Shown piece after piece: positions 1 to 13,489 of a stretch of 64,000 bases of DNA; position 1 is the stretch's first letter; the number at the start of each line of letters is the position of its first letter. This stretch comes from Eledone cirrhosa. Taxonomy: Eukaryota. Below the pieces are notes generated by a model. It was not told the origin of the DNA, did no database searches, and saw only the letters and a list, made by a program, of their open reading frames with translations. Both the position numbers and the translations under genes were made by a program. The stretch spans positions 25,606,001 through 25,670,000 of the forward strand of contig OZ024759.1 in assembly GCA_964016885.1 (NCBI GenBank), in the 5' to 3' direction.

Positions 1-58
1 CAATCGTTAAACGAAGTGTCTTTTAAGTGACTGGTAGCTGTATGTAAAAGGTAATTAT

Positions 59-2350
59 TCAGAACTGGGCGCGGTGTCTGATTTCGTTACAACTCTCGAT
101 ATGGAGCGCTTGTAGGGAACAATTGAAGTGTATGAGGGAGTTACCGTAGGGCCCTATCCTGTGTGACTGTGGAATAAATATGTCCACCATCACCAGCTGA
201 TAACATAGAGTCTGAAATTGTTCTTTATTTAACGACTTGAGTAATCCACATAGCGACGTAATTATATCGTCTGCAGAAGCTGCTCGCTTCTCGCTCTCCA
301 TAATACAGTTTGATATACATTTAATTGATAGTTGTATGGCATGCAGCTTAGAAAGAATGGTGGGAGATTTTAATATCTCCAAGATATTCATAAGAGCTGG
401 TTTGAAGTGTTCGCAGAATTCTTCCATAGTGATCGTTTCTTGTCGAATACAAACGGAACTGAATCTTTTCACAGATCGTTTTTGTTCCAATTGAAGATCC
501 TGGAACATTTGACATTCTTCTTCGAAGTCGGCTGCCTTATAAAGAGCCGAGATTGACTTAATTTTTATAGCTGATTCGAAACTCCGAGACGGGAAAGAAT
601 TTTGAAAATTGAATATACTCTGACTTCTGCTCTGGTTGTTCGACTTCGACTGTCGTTTTCGAACTTTGGTAAACACTTCTCTTATAGGTAGATTGTTAAA
701 AGGCAGTAAGTTGATTTTTTCCCAAATAGTTGTGTAATAGGACTTACAAGAAATCTTGAACAACTTGTATAAATCTTCCATGATTTCGTTAAACAGCAGA
801 TCTTCGTATATAACAAACACCATTTTCTGCTCGCTATTTTCAATTTCTTCCAAAGATTTTAGCAAGATTTCGTGCATCTGAAATACATGTTCCGAAACTC
901 TTTCTTTCAATTGCATAAACATTCTCTCTAAGTATTCATTGAACGGTTGAGGGAAACTATTTTCATCTCCGGGGCCAAATCTACCAGCAAAAGAACTATC
1001 ATTTTGTCCAACATTATCATCATTACTGCCGCTTTCTATATCGAACTTGTCGCTGCTATCTGTTACATTGAAGATGGCATCGTCTGACAGGAAAAGAGAA
1101 ACCTTGCCATTTATTTCGCTAATAAAATCTAAATGTTTTTGTTTAAATTCACAATTGTTTGTTAAATAAATTAGAATTTTCTCTTCGCATGTTTGCCAAT
1201 GAGAAGACACATCGTGGTCGTAAGCTACTAAAAAGCTGGAAATGGTATTTCTCTTATTACTCGTTCCTAAAGATTCATAAAATGTTTCCACTTCATATAT
1301 CGAAGTTTTGATTAATTCACCAATAGAGATTAGTTTGACTTTGTAAAAACAATCCATTTTCATCTTTATCTTGTATTCCTTCACTTCTTGGAAAATGTTC
1401 ATGTAATCGTGAAGTTGAAGTGTATCAGTTTCCGACTTGGTACTCCTCCTTTTCGACTGTTTTAAAGGTTCTTTAAGTCTGTGGTTGATCTTCGTTAGTA
1501 TTGTCTTCCACCTCTGAGTCCGTTCATTTAGTCGTTGGCTCTCCATCTGCTCAAAATATAAAGTATTCCTTTTATCCGAGTTGTTTTTCGACTCCCTTAT
1601 ATGCATCTGTGAAGTCAGGTAATGTTCTTCCATGTAAGACAGATCGTTAGTAAAGTGAGATCGAAGTGTGTCTAAGAAGGTTTTATCAATGACAGCAAAG
1701 AAACTATCTAGGTGATGTGCGGTAAACGAAGCCAAAATCTCTCGTTTTCGAGCCATTTCGTTTGCCGTCTGCAAAACTATACAATCAATATCCATAATTT
1801 CTTTTTGAAGGGCGAAATATTCTTCATTTATGAGCCGTTGGAGCTCTTTTAAGAACGGTAGATCTTCTAAAACAATTAACGAACGAGGAAGTATATAACA
1901 GTATAGTAGTTTCATTACGTACATACCCAGGTTCAACGAGGTCGTCTTCTTACGAGAATGTTTTAAGAGAATAACTTTGGTCTCCTCAATTTGTTCCCGA
2001 GTCAACAGTGTGTCTGTGACATATTCGACACCATCACCGTCTTCTTCATTTTCTTTTCTTTTATTTTCTTCTTCTTCTTCATGTTGCTGTTGCTCTGAAA
2101 TACGTCTACAACGTTTATCGACAACATCAACTCTGTCTGTGTTATCATCGAGAAGTGATCGTACAGTGTTCTTTTTCAAACGGACGGTGTAGGTTTCACA
2201 GCATATAGTAATGTCCCGAACAAGGAGACCCTTCCACCAAATTATATGATCAAACTCTTCGATATTTCCTGAGAAATGTACGTTACACCTTCTATCGATT
2301 GGTATAATCAGATCACGCGAATGTTTCGCGCAGATCAATCGAACGATCAT
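59..2350 (-). CDS. Intronless 763-aa protein with C-terminal VPS9 (Rab5-family GEF-like) domain
   Basis: True ATG at 2350 and a 2.3-kb uninterrupted, non-repetitive ORF. The C-terminus reads SKLHAIQLSIKCISNCI...AASADDIITSLCGLL...GPYGNSLIHFNCSLQAL, matching the VPS9 layout (K..xADD..G..GY.L). The N-terminal 600 aa are helical/coiled-coil-like and not recognised. Confidence 0.75.
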   Translation of the reverse strand: MIVRLICAKHSRDLIIPIDRRCNVHFSGNIEEFDHIIWWKGLLVRDITICCETYTVRLKKNTVRSLLDDNTDRVDVVDKRCRRISEQQQHEEEEENKRKENEEDGDGVEYVTDTLLTREQIEETKVILLKHSRKKTTSLNLGMYVMKLLYCYILPRSLIVLEDLPFLKELQRLINEEYFALQKEIMDIDCIVLQTANEMARKREILASFTAHHLDSFFAVIDKTFLDTLRSHFTNDLSYMEEHYLTSQMHIRESKNNSDKRNTLYFEQMESQRLNERTQRWKTILTKINHRLKEPLKQSKRRSTKSETDTLQLHDYMNIFQEVKEYKIKMKMDCFYKVKLISIGELIKTSIYEVETFYESLGTSNKRNTISSFLVAYDHDVSSHWQTCEEKILIYLTNNCEFKQKHLDFISEINGKVSLFLSDDAIFNVTDSSDKFDIESGSNDDNVGQNDSSFAGRFGPGDENSFPQPFNEYLERMFMQLKERVSEHVFQMHEILLKSLEEIENSEQKMVFVIYEDLLFNEIMEDLYKLFKISCKSYYTTIWEKINLLPFNNLPIREVFTKVRKRQSKSNNQSRSQSIFNFQNSFPSRSFESAIKIKSISALYKAADFEEECQMFQDLQLEQKRSVKRFSSVCIRQETITMEEFCEHFKPALMNILEILKSPTILSKLHAIQLSIKCISNCIMESEKRAASADDIITSLCGLLKSLNKEQFQTLCYQLVMVDIFIPQSHRIGPYGNSLIHFNCSLQALHIESCNEIRHRAQF

Positions 2351-2419
2351 AGTTCTTTGGTCGTGTTTATATGAACAGTATTACGGATGAAGTTGTTAAT
2401 GTGTGAAATAATACAGCAA

Positions 2420-2455
2420 TTCCGGGAATTTATTAAGAGCACCATCTAGTGGCCA
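2420..2455 (-). promoter_or_regulatory. STAT/GAS-like site (TTCCCGGAA) and CTCF-like site (TGGCCACTAGATGGTGCTC) upstream of the VPS9 gene
   Basis: ttccgggaa at 2420-2428 and gagcaccatctagtggcca at 2437-2455, 70-105 bp upstream of the ATG. Motif match only. Confidence 0.4.
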
Positions 2456-2494
2456 ACTGCCTCATTAAAGAGAATCTAAATGGGAATAACTTAA

Positions 2495-3090
2495 TGTGTA
2501 TGTATGTATGGTATGTATATATGTATGTAAGTATATATGTAAGTATGTATGTACGTATGTGTGTGTATCTATGTATATATGGTTGTATGTATGTGCGTCT
2601 GTATGTGTGTGTGTATGTATGTGCGCATGTATGTGTGTATATGTATGTATATGTGTGAGTATGTATGTATATTTGTGTATGTATGTATGTGTATATATAT
2701 ATATGTGTGTATGTATGTATATATATGTGTCTGTATATATAACTGAAGTGAAGCAGGAAGTTATAAAACAAATGAAAGGAAAGTTATTTATCATTAAGTA
2801 ACTCAGTAATTTGTGAGTAGACACCACCACCACTGCCACCACCATCAACACCACCGTCATCACTACCACCCCCACTATCATTACCACTACCACCATCACA
2901 ACTTCCTTGCTACCAACATTACTACCACCATTACAACTATCACTGCTACCAACATCACCACCACTACCATTACAACCACGATCACCCATCACCACCACCA
3001 TCACTACTACCACCGCCCGCACCATCATTACCATCATCACTACCACTACCTCCACCATCACCATTATCATCACCATCACAATCATCATTG
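2495..3090. repeat. (TATG/TG)n followed by (CAC/CAT)n simple repeats
   Basis: Directly visible low-complexity tracts. Confidence 0.9.
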
Positions 3091-3124
3091 TTGCCAGAGA
3101 CAGACATAGATGTGTGTGTGTACA

Positions 3125-3320
3125 AACGAGGGTAAGCTGAAAAATTCATAGGCTGACTATGAACGAGTGATGCTAGAGCTGTGAAACCTTGCATGCATTA
3201 ATTTCAACCATTCTCATCAATAACTGCATTTTTTCCTTCCAGGTAAGCTGACATCTGACTGTTCAAAGACGACTTAGTAATGACTTTTCATAATAATGGA
3301 CAAAATTGGCATCGTGGACA
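3125..3320 (+). mobile_element. Mariner-like 5' end remnant
   Basis: acgagggtaagctgaaaa resembles a mariner TIR. It is followed by a degenerate atggacaaaattggcatcgtgg (MDKI..R-type start). Confidence 0.35.
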
Positions 3321-3708
3321 AGTATTCTCAGGTCCTGAATAATTGCCCCCACCCCACCTGCTTGTCACATTTTGCTAATCTATATCCCGCGAACTTTTAT
3401 AGTTAAGTGGTAGCATTCCGGCGACAATTAATTTTCTTTATACATTAAAAAACATTAAAAATGACAAAAAAACAAAAACAAGTACATTACTAGAAATCCC
3501 ATACGTTATAAAATAAATAGGATTGGTTCGCGTCCTCAATAAGAAAACTAAACGACTAATTATAAATCAGGATGGATTCAGTTTGAAACTGGTTAGACCA
3601 TTACTCAACAGAGTACTCGATACTTGGGGTAGTAGAGTATGGTTATATATATATATACACACTTCAACAGCATTCTAATAAATATGTGTATACATTTTTG
3701 GGGACACC

Positions 3709-3748
<40 letters not shown>

Positions 3749-3752
<4 letters not shown>

Positions 3753-4196
3753 CAACTAGAAATTGATTAACATATAAATAAACATGAATAATCACAGGAG
3801 ATAATTTTTACAAGTGTGTAAGCACACACAGCTAGGTAGGTAACTAAATAAAGTTAACTAGAACTTCAAAAATAGATACCTTATCATATGATTAATCTTC
3901 CCTGTATATATTCCATTAAAGAAATATATTTCACCAATTAATCGAATGCCGGTACTTGGATTTTCAACAAGGAAGAAGTCCAGCGGTCTATGTTTATGCA
4001 TTAAGTTCAAATCAGCGACTGGCCAGTAACACGTGCTGTATCTACTAGAAATACACACATCATACCAGCTATTTTTGAAGTTCTAGTTAACTTTATTTAG
4101 TTACCTACCTAGCTGTGTGTGCTTACACACTTGTAAAATGTATCTCCTGTGATTATTCATGTTTATTTATATGTTAATCAATTTCTAGTTGTTATA
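3749..4196. repeat. Inverted-repeat element, ~125-bp arms, next to (TA)n
   Basis: 3749-3875 is the near-perfect reverse complement of 4069-4196. Confidence 0.85.
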
Positions 4197-4592
4197 AAAT
4201 GCTCGGACCTATTCATTAGAATCTTAGAGCTTATTTTGCGAGTGATATGGTGCATGCCTTTCTGGCATGACACCCATAATTTTGATTTAGATTAAATTCA
4301 TTTTGATTTATCTTAATTTTGGATATAGATACATAAATACGGCTCCTTAATTGTAGAGCTAACTTTGTTGAAAGGACTTGACTGCTGTTTCTAGTTGCCG
4401 ATAACCCTATTCACGCCACTGGGACGAAGATGGTATGATGTGTGTATTTCTAGTAGATACAGGTGAAACAATTGTTCTCGGTATGGTGAACTAACTGTTG
4501 TGTAACCACTTCTACCCTACTCGTCCCATCGACTGAGTGCTCTACCACTACGGATATTACCTTCCAGTGTTCTACCACTATATATATATATA

Positions 4593-4745
4593 TATATTTG
4601 AAAAAAAAGGGAAAGAATGACTTCACTTGTAGTGTTAACAAAATTCCGATTTAATTTTATATTATAATATTCATATTATAATATAAAATTAAATAAAAAA
4701 TTGTTCAGCACTACAAGTGAAGTCTATTCCTTTTTTTCAAATATA
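4593..4745. repeat. Imperfect ~150-bp palindrome (MITE-like or foldback)
   Basis: atatttgaaaaaaa..gacttcacttgtagtg / cactacaagtgaagtc..tttttttcaaatat. Confidence 0.7.
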
Positions 4746-4782
4746 CTTAACTGTACCAAGAATCTCACACATTTTCCAATAT

Positions 4783-5410
4783 CATCATCATCATCGTTTA
4801 ACGTCCATCTTCCACGCTTGCATGGGTTTGGACGGGAATTTTCCCACTTGAGGCAAGATTGGTAGTCTTGCTCGTATAGGACTGTCTGGCGGGTTTTCTA
4901 CGGCTGGATACCCTTCCTAACACCAACCACGTTTACAGTGTGGACTGGGAGGTTTTTACCGTGTTACCTACACGGCCACATTACAGCGTGGACTGTGTGT
5001 TTTTTTTTTGTCGTGACCTCATTTATTTCGGACTGGATGTTGTGGTACCAACATAACTTTACATCGAAAGGGGTGGTGTGGGGGTAGTGGGACGGGGGTG
5101 TATTTTTGTTAAGAGGTGCCTACTGACTGTAGGTTTCGCTTTGTACTTAGGCAAGGCGGGTCTTCTGTATGACTGTGTAGCGCCAAAGATCTCGGTCCAG
5201 TGACATTGTCTTGGAGAGGTGTAAGTGTCTGAGGTCGAAATTTATCAAGTCGTCCCAGGTTTTTCTGGGTCTGCCTACTCCGTGGCTACCGTCTATTTTT
5301 ATCACCCTGCACTTTTTTTATACAGCTGTCGTCTTTCATGCGCATCACGTGACCATACCAACGTAGTCTTCTCTCGAGTAAACAACATCTGATCCCTCTT
5401 ATTCCTAATA
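4783..5410 (-). mobile_element. RTE-type LINE 3' fragment with (GAT)n-tailed 3' UTR
   Basis: The minus strand reads LGIRGIRCCLLERRLRWYGHVMRM...RGRPRKTW, an RTE C-terminal motif. The tail aggaagggcatccagc...gttaaacgatgatgat recurs at 14113-14507, 35000-35550 and many other sites. Confidence 0.75.
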
Positions 5411-5419
5411 TATATATCG

Positions 5420-7566
<2,147 letters not shown>

Positions 7567-7580
7567 TATATATATATATA

Positions 7581-7780
7581 TACGAAGGAAGTGTGGTAAG
7601 GAACCAAGTGGACCATAACGCACCAGAGTATTCAATACTTAGGGTAGTAGTGAGTAATAGGAAAATTTTCAAGACTCCGATGGCAGAGCTCAAGTCGTTT
7701 CGACGGCTATTTCTGGAGTCCAGAAATAGCCGTCGAAACGGCTTGAGCTCTGCCATCGGAGTCTTGAAAATTTTCCTATA
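7581..7780. mobile_element. Foldback element with ~120-bp near-perfect palindrome (family also at 49903-50075, 57155-57192, 57490-57600)
   Basis: Palindrome at 7657-7779 centred on ctggagtccag. Shared flank acgaaggaagtgtggtaaggaacca...; copies abut (TA)n. Confidence 0.75.
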
Positions 7781-7830
7781 CATTTCCCTATATATACATA
7801 TATTTAAATATACATATATGTATGTATATA

Positions 7831-7877
<47 letters not shown>

Positions 7878-7881
<4 letters not shown>

Positions 7882-7951
7882 GGTGTCCCCAAAAATGTAT
7901 ATACATATTTATTAGAATGCTGTTGAAGTGTGATTCATTTTTGTGACACCC
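7878..7951. mobile_element. Tiny Tc1/mariner-type MITE (TIR CAGGGTGTC); partial copy at 3657-3712
   Basis: ta-cagggtgtcccc...tgacaccct-a, inserted in TA. Confidence 0.6.
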
Positions 7952-8407
7952 TATATATATATATATTATATATATATTATATATATATTATATATATATA
8001 TATATTATATATATATTATATATATATATATATTATATATATATAAAGTAAGTTAATTTTATAATTTTCTTATTTTACGTCTCTCATATTATTGTTCTGC
8101 AACCCCATGCATTGAACCACAATGTTAATAAGACAAAACCTATATATTTGCTAGCATTGATATGCATCTGTGTGTATATAAATGTTACTAGATATAAATT
8201 CCTTATATTATATATATATATATTATATATATATATATATTTTATATATATATATACGGAAATTTATAATAAATTGAAGTGAAAACTAGCAGGTGCATGT
8301 ATTTTTATTGGTAGCATGACCCTCCCAAAGTATAAATATTATATATATATATAAGCAGGTACATTAAATAAAATAATCATATACACAACGAGAGAGAAAG
8401 AAAATAA

Positions 8408-8520
8408 CTTCCGTTACATCCGGCGCATGCTTATTTCCCCCCTTGTTAGCAGAGCGCATGCGTGCTTCAATCTTTCCCGGATTCATTCAATATAAACAAC
8501 ACCACACGGAGAAAAAGAGG
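8408..8520 (+). promoter_or_regulatory. Probable DR1 housekeeping promoter / non-coding first exon
   Basis: Local CpG-rich patch with two NRF1-like GCGCATGC motifs (8423-8430, 8454-8462), ETS-like CTTCCG/ATCCGG, and a possible donor GAG|GTGTAT at 8519/8520. It lies 3.2 kb upstream of the DR1 ATG. Confidence 0.45.
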
Positions 8521-9409
8521 TGTATATATTTATATATATATATTTATAACTGAAAAAATATACACGCTGGATTCCTTGAGTATATACATATATACATACT
8601 TATATAAATATATATATGTTTGTTTTCATATAATAACCTAGAGCACTTTTTTATCTATAAATTCAACGATTGTCTTTTAAGTTTCGTTAACAAAAATTAA
8701 GGTCTACCTCATTTTTCCTTATTTTTTTTCCTCTTCTCTTTCGTCCACTGTTTTTGGTGTATTTCCTCTATAAAACCATATTTTTGTTGAATTAGTACCA
8801 GCGTTTATTCTAATATTGATACCTTTTCATGTTAGTGGCATTTGTATTTCGTATGTATAAAGACAAGTTTTAATTTTGGATATTTAATCAGTAAAAGCGA
8901 CACACACAGTTCATTTATTTATATGCACACTTTATATATACTTTATTCTTTTGTTAGTTTCGACTACGAGGTTCTGAAAGGATTTAGTCAATCACATCAA
9001 CCCCAGTTTTTTTTCTTTTTCGAGTCTGGTTCTCATTTATCAGTCACCTTTGTCCGAACTGCTAACATACATACACACACACACACATTATGTGGTACTC
9101 CAGCATGGCCAAGGGTCACTGACTGAAACCAGAAAAAGAATATGAGAATTTTATATTTATTTTTCTTACCTGTAATTGCCGGTAAACCTGTTGATATATT
9201 TTAAACATCAATGGTTATATATATATACATGAAAAGGCTTGCTAAACACAAGCTAAAACCGCTCTGCGTAGCGGTCAGGATTTTATCAATCTCTATACCA
9301 ACTCTGCATCTACCCATGCATTGAGTACTCCCATGATTAGTAGTCTCCTCGGTCTCAGACCGCAGACTCTCACCCCCTCTCTCGTCAATTCGGTTTTCGT
9401 GCCAACCCT

Positions 9410-9840
9410 TACCTCTGGCCATGAATCTTGGGGGATGACCTAAAGAATACGATCGCGAATACAAGCAGCCGAAATAGGGTTCCTCCGAAGGGTCTTTGGA
9501 GTAACATTACTCGATAAGGTGCGTAGCTCGGAGATCAGAGTCACTCCAGGTAGAGCCGCTACTTCTCCGATTTGGGAGATCACAGATCCCCATACTATGG
9601 ACGGGTGGTTAGAATGTCTCACGAAAGAATCGCTGGACAGATTTTTACGGGCGAAACCAACAGGTAGGAGACACAGGGGTAGACGGTTGCAAGGTGGTTG
9701 GATAACATCCAGGAGCTTGGATGGTCAACCTTGGGGATCCAGCCAGATCAGTTGGAGATGGCTGCTTCTGACAGGACCCGCTGGAGGGAGTGTTTAAGGA
9801 CTCTGCCCTCACGACCTTCTCAGGAATAAGTGGGCGAAGA
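9410..9840 (+). mobile_element. Degraded RTE LINE 3' fragment (related pieces at 23940-24190, 58640-59030)
   Basis: Reads RSRIQAAEIGFLRRVFGVTLLDKVRSSEIR, then frameshifts. Confidence 0.7.
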
Positions 9841-10384
9841 AAAGAATAATAATTTAAAATAGAAAAGAAGCCATTGTTAAGTGGTAGCCGATTATGTATG
9901 TGTGACCACCTGTGTTTACATTAGCTGCCTGTATATATCCTGTAACCTGACGGTTTGACAAAAAGAGATCGATTAAATAAGTATCAGATTTGAAAAAATA
10001 AATATTGGTGTCAATGTGATCAACTAAATAGTCCCCTCAAAGTGTTAATGACTGAAACCAGAAAAAGAATATGAGAATCTTATATTTTTCTCACCTGTCA
10101 TTGCAGGTAAACCTGTTGATATCTTTTAAACATCAAGGGTTATATATCATTGCAGATGTAACTTGCAGGCATAATGTGTCTTAAAACTGAACAGTGAAGA
10201 ATGTGTCTTAATACTGAACAGAGGGACAAAGAAGCATTTTTACCAATAATTGATGCTGTTGTTCTTCACCAAACCAACATATCTACCAAGGATACAAGCC
10301 AAGAACCCTGACAAATATATATTTTAACCCCATCATTACCATATTTCTCATGTAAGGCTCTGCTTTTCATTTCTAAATAATTTG

Positions 10385-11695
10385 ACTGATATATTTTTAA
10401 TAACAATAATTATAGTAAATATATTGGAGAGTTTAACAGCGCTATATATTTGATAATAATAATTATAGTAAATATATTGTAGAGTTTAACAAAAGTTGAT
10501 AATAATTATAGTAAATACTAGCAGAATGGCCCGGCGTTGCTCAGGATTTGCTCTAGGGTTCTTATATATATTCATCCTTATCAAGCCTCGTGAAATAAAT
10601 ACGTTTGTTTATATTTTGTTATTGTGTATGCAAAAATATCTGTACACGAATATATAATTATAATACATATATATATATATAACGGTACAGAGAAGTACGC
10701 AATACCTCGGCTTCGGGATGGTGTCTACATTTTGTGCTTCTAAAAAAAATTTGTTGTAGATTACCAAGGTTTTTTTCCGTGCGAAGAAAATCAATACTTT
10801 ATCGCAAAATAAATACTTTTGTTTATATTTTGTTATTGTGTATGCAAAAATATCTGTACACGAATATATAATTATATATATATATATATATATTAAAATA
10901 ATAGATTCAAGTTTAAGCAAAGAATCGTTGCTTTCACCCTTAACGGGATCTTCTGAAACTAAAAAAAATCAATCTGTGAACGCAGAAGTAAATATTTCGA
11001 AAAACGTTACACACTATATATATATATACACACACTATATATACATATATATACACACACACCGTCATAATGTCGTAATGCAGACAGCTAGACATACAGA
11101 CAGATATTATAAGGGCGCAATGTTATATCTATGTATCTATCTAAAAAGAAAAACTAAGAATTATAGAGAGAGATCGCTAAATCACCACATGTGGTCCCTA
11201 GGGCATTGAAAATTTGAAAATTTCTCAAAACACTCTCAGGACCATAAGTATTAGATGTGTAAAGTTTGAAAACAATCAGTTGGGTGGTTCTCGAGTTTTA
11301 GTGAGCTTACTGACAGACATTCTATGTTTTAGATATATAGATATTGTAGAGTTTAACAGTGGTATATATTTGATAATAATAATAATATCTTTATTAGCCA
11401 CTAGGGTCAAACTATTTGATGATGATAATAATTTTAGCAAATATACTGTACTGTTAGAAACTAAGCTAGAATCAGTTCTGTATGAGCAATGAGACAACTC
11501 TAACATATGATATCAGTGGTTATTTGATAATAATTATAGTAAATATATTGTAGAATTTGATGGTGATATATATTTGAAAATAATGATGATGATAAATATA
11601 TTGTAGAATTTGATGGTAATATGGATTTGATAATAATAATAATAATAATAATGATGATAAATATATTGTAGAATTTGATGGTGATATAGATTTGG
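10385..11695. repeat. AT-rich ~52-60-bp minisatellite (ataattatagtaaatatattgtagagtttaacagtggtatatatttg), split by the Helitron
   Basis: Units at 10385-10517, 11342-11385 and 11515-11695. Confidence 0.7.
10518..11341 (-). mobile_element. Non-autonomous Helitron
   Basis: The minus strand begins TC (11341) and ends hairpin (cctgagcaacgccggg) + CTAG (10518). Joining the flanks gives gtaaata|tattgtaga, restoring the local minisatellite unit (A^T insertion, no TSD). Confidence 0.8.
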
Positions 11696-11716
11696 AATAT
11701 TCTTCAAGTGGTAACC

Positions 11717-11939
11717 ATGATGATGGCAGATAACAGAGATGACGATGAACTGAACATTCCAAGAGCTGCTTTGAACAAAATGATCAAAGAGCTTGTTCCA
11801 AATATTCGTGTTGCTAACGACTCACGAGAGTTAATACTTAGCTGTTGTACGGAGTTTATACATCTTGTCTCATCTGAAGCCAATGAAATCTGTAACAAAC
11901 AGACCAAGAAGACTATTTCTCCCGAACATGTATTGGCAG
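11717..11939 (+). CDS. DR1: Protein Dr1 / NC2-beta, coding exon 1
   Basis: MMMADNRDDDELNIPRAALNKMIKELVPNIRVANDSRELILSCCTEFIHLVSSEANEICNKQTKKTISPEHVLA is the Dr1 histone fold. Donor G|GTATGT, phase 1. Confidence 0.96.
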
Positions 11940-12707
11940 GTATGTCTCTTTCTCTCTCTGTATATATCATCATCATCGTTTGAATGTCCATCTTCCACGC
12001 TAGCATGGATTAGACGGTTTTGTTCCATTTGATGCTGTAAATGCAGTTGGTGTTAGGAAGGGCATCCAACTGTATAAACCCCGGCCATATGGCGTGGCCA
12101 ATCCTGACCAGACTTGTCTCTCGACATGGACAACCTGTCTGACCCATGCAAGCATGGAAAAGTAGAAGTTAAACGGTAATGATGATGATGATGATATATA
12201 TATATATTTAAGCAATGGGTTACACGAATACACCGTTCACTGTACAAGAAGATAAGCATTTATTGCATAGTGAAGGTATTTCATCTAGAAAGTGCTAATC
12301 CAGATATTATATTGGGATAAATCGGACTCAATTATGGTAAATTTACCTTTGCATATCAAATTATCAAAACAGAATAACGACTTGAATTGAACTTGGGACC
12401 ATATAGCAAGACTAGGTGTGTCATTAGGAAGGGAAGTAAATAGAATAGGAATAAGTATGTGTATACAAAAAAGATTCATAAGAGGAATCAGTGGTTACTA
12501 ATTTGATACTGTGGTAGTAGTGTTGATGCTTGCTTGTAGCAGATAAATTTTTCCACTAGGAGTGGCTATGCAAGGCCGATGGGTTTGGCTGCTGATTGGT
12601 TGAAAGTAGTCTATTGCAGTGACCAATGGCTATTTGTATTCTGTTATATGCCAAGTGTCTTAATGAGATGCCCTTGGGCTGGTGTTATCAGTGTGGACCT
12701 ATCTCTT

Positions 12708-12739
<32 letters not shown>

Positions 12740-12741
<2 letters not shown>

Positions 12742-13049
12742 AAATAAAATAAAACAAGGACGAGTGGTTATTCCTTCATTATATTTATTGGTTGGTGATG
12801 TGCATTTCTCCACCGATCAGCTCAAGGTTCGATCTGTATCGATCTAGCCTGACTCTAATCCATGGCTCGTCAGACCCTTTTAATGGTAATGAAAAAAATT
12901 ACCACTTATAGGGTCTGACGAGCTATGGATTACAGGGTCAGGCTAGATCGATACAGATCGAACCTTGAGCTGATCGGTGGCGAAATGCACATCACCAACC
13001 AATAAACTTAATGAAGGAGTAACCACTTGTCTTTGTTTTATTTTATTAT
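12740..13049. mobile_element. Head-to-head inverted repeat (~140-bp arms) with a hammerhead-like fold in each arm; Penelope pseudo-LTR-like
   Basis: 12740-12878 is the reverse complement of 12910-13049 and follows (TC)n(TA)n. Confidence 0.65.
12912..12996 (+). ncRNA. Type I hammerhead ribozyme-like motif with extended stem II
   Basis: GGU-CUGACGA-GCUAUGGAUUA...UGAUCGGUGGC-GAAA-UGCACA-UC-ACC. Mirror copy at 12794-12877 (-). Confidence 0.55.
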
Positions 13050-13164
13050 ACTACACTCTGTCTAGCTCTACACCTCGATACAGAAGTGAACCTAAACATT
13101 GAGTGCTCACCCGGGTGAACCTACAGTAACTCCGTGTTACACTCCCTGGATATATATCATCACC

Positions 13165-13484
13165 ATCATCATTTTACGTCCGCTTTTCCCTGCTTGCAAG
13201 GGTGGGACGGGAACTGATTCTGGCTTGATTTCTACAGCTGGATGCTCTTCCTAACACCAACCTCATTTACAGTGAGTGCTGGGTGCTTTTTTGCCGTGGC
13301 ACCTCCACGACCACTTTGCAGTGGAATGTTATGGATCCCAGTCCCTATCATCTCATTTTTACAGCTGAGTAAACTGGAGCAATGTGAAATAAAGTGTCTT
13401 GCTCAAGGAAACAACACATCACCCGGTCTGAGAATTGAACTCACAACCTTTCGATTGCTCTAACCACTAAGCCATGTGCCTCCA
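13165..13484 (-). mobile_element. tRNA-headed SINE, family B (also 14913-15355 +, 50560-50891 -; partial 23431-23686, 32160-32290, 39390-39650, 50104-50365)
   Basis: Head ggaggcacatggcttagtggttag..gtgagttcaattc (Pol III A/B boxes); body ttgagcaagacactttatttcacattgctccag; (GAT)n tail. Confidence 0.8.
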
Positions 13485-13489
13485 TATAT

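Noticed and set aside
2813-3140. His-rich / Thr-rich ORFs
   Set aside because: (CAC/CAT)n microsatellite with a non-ATG start.
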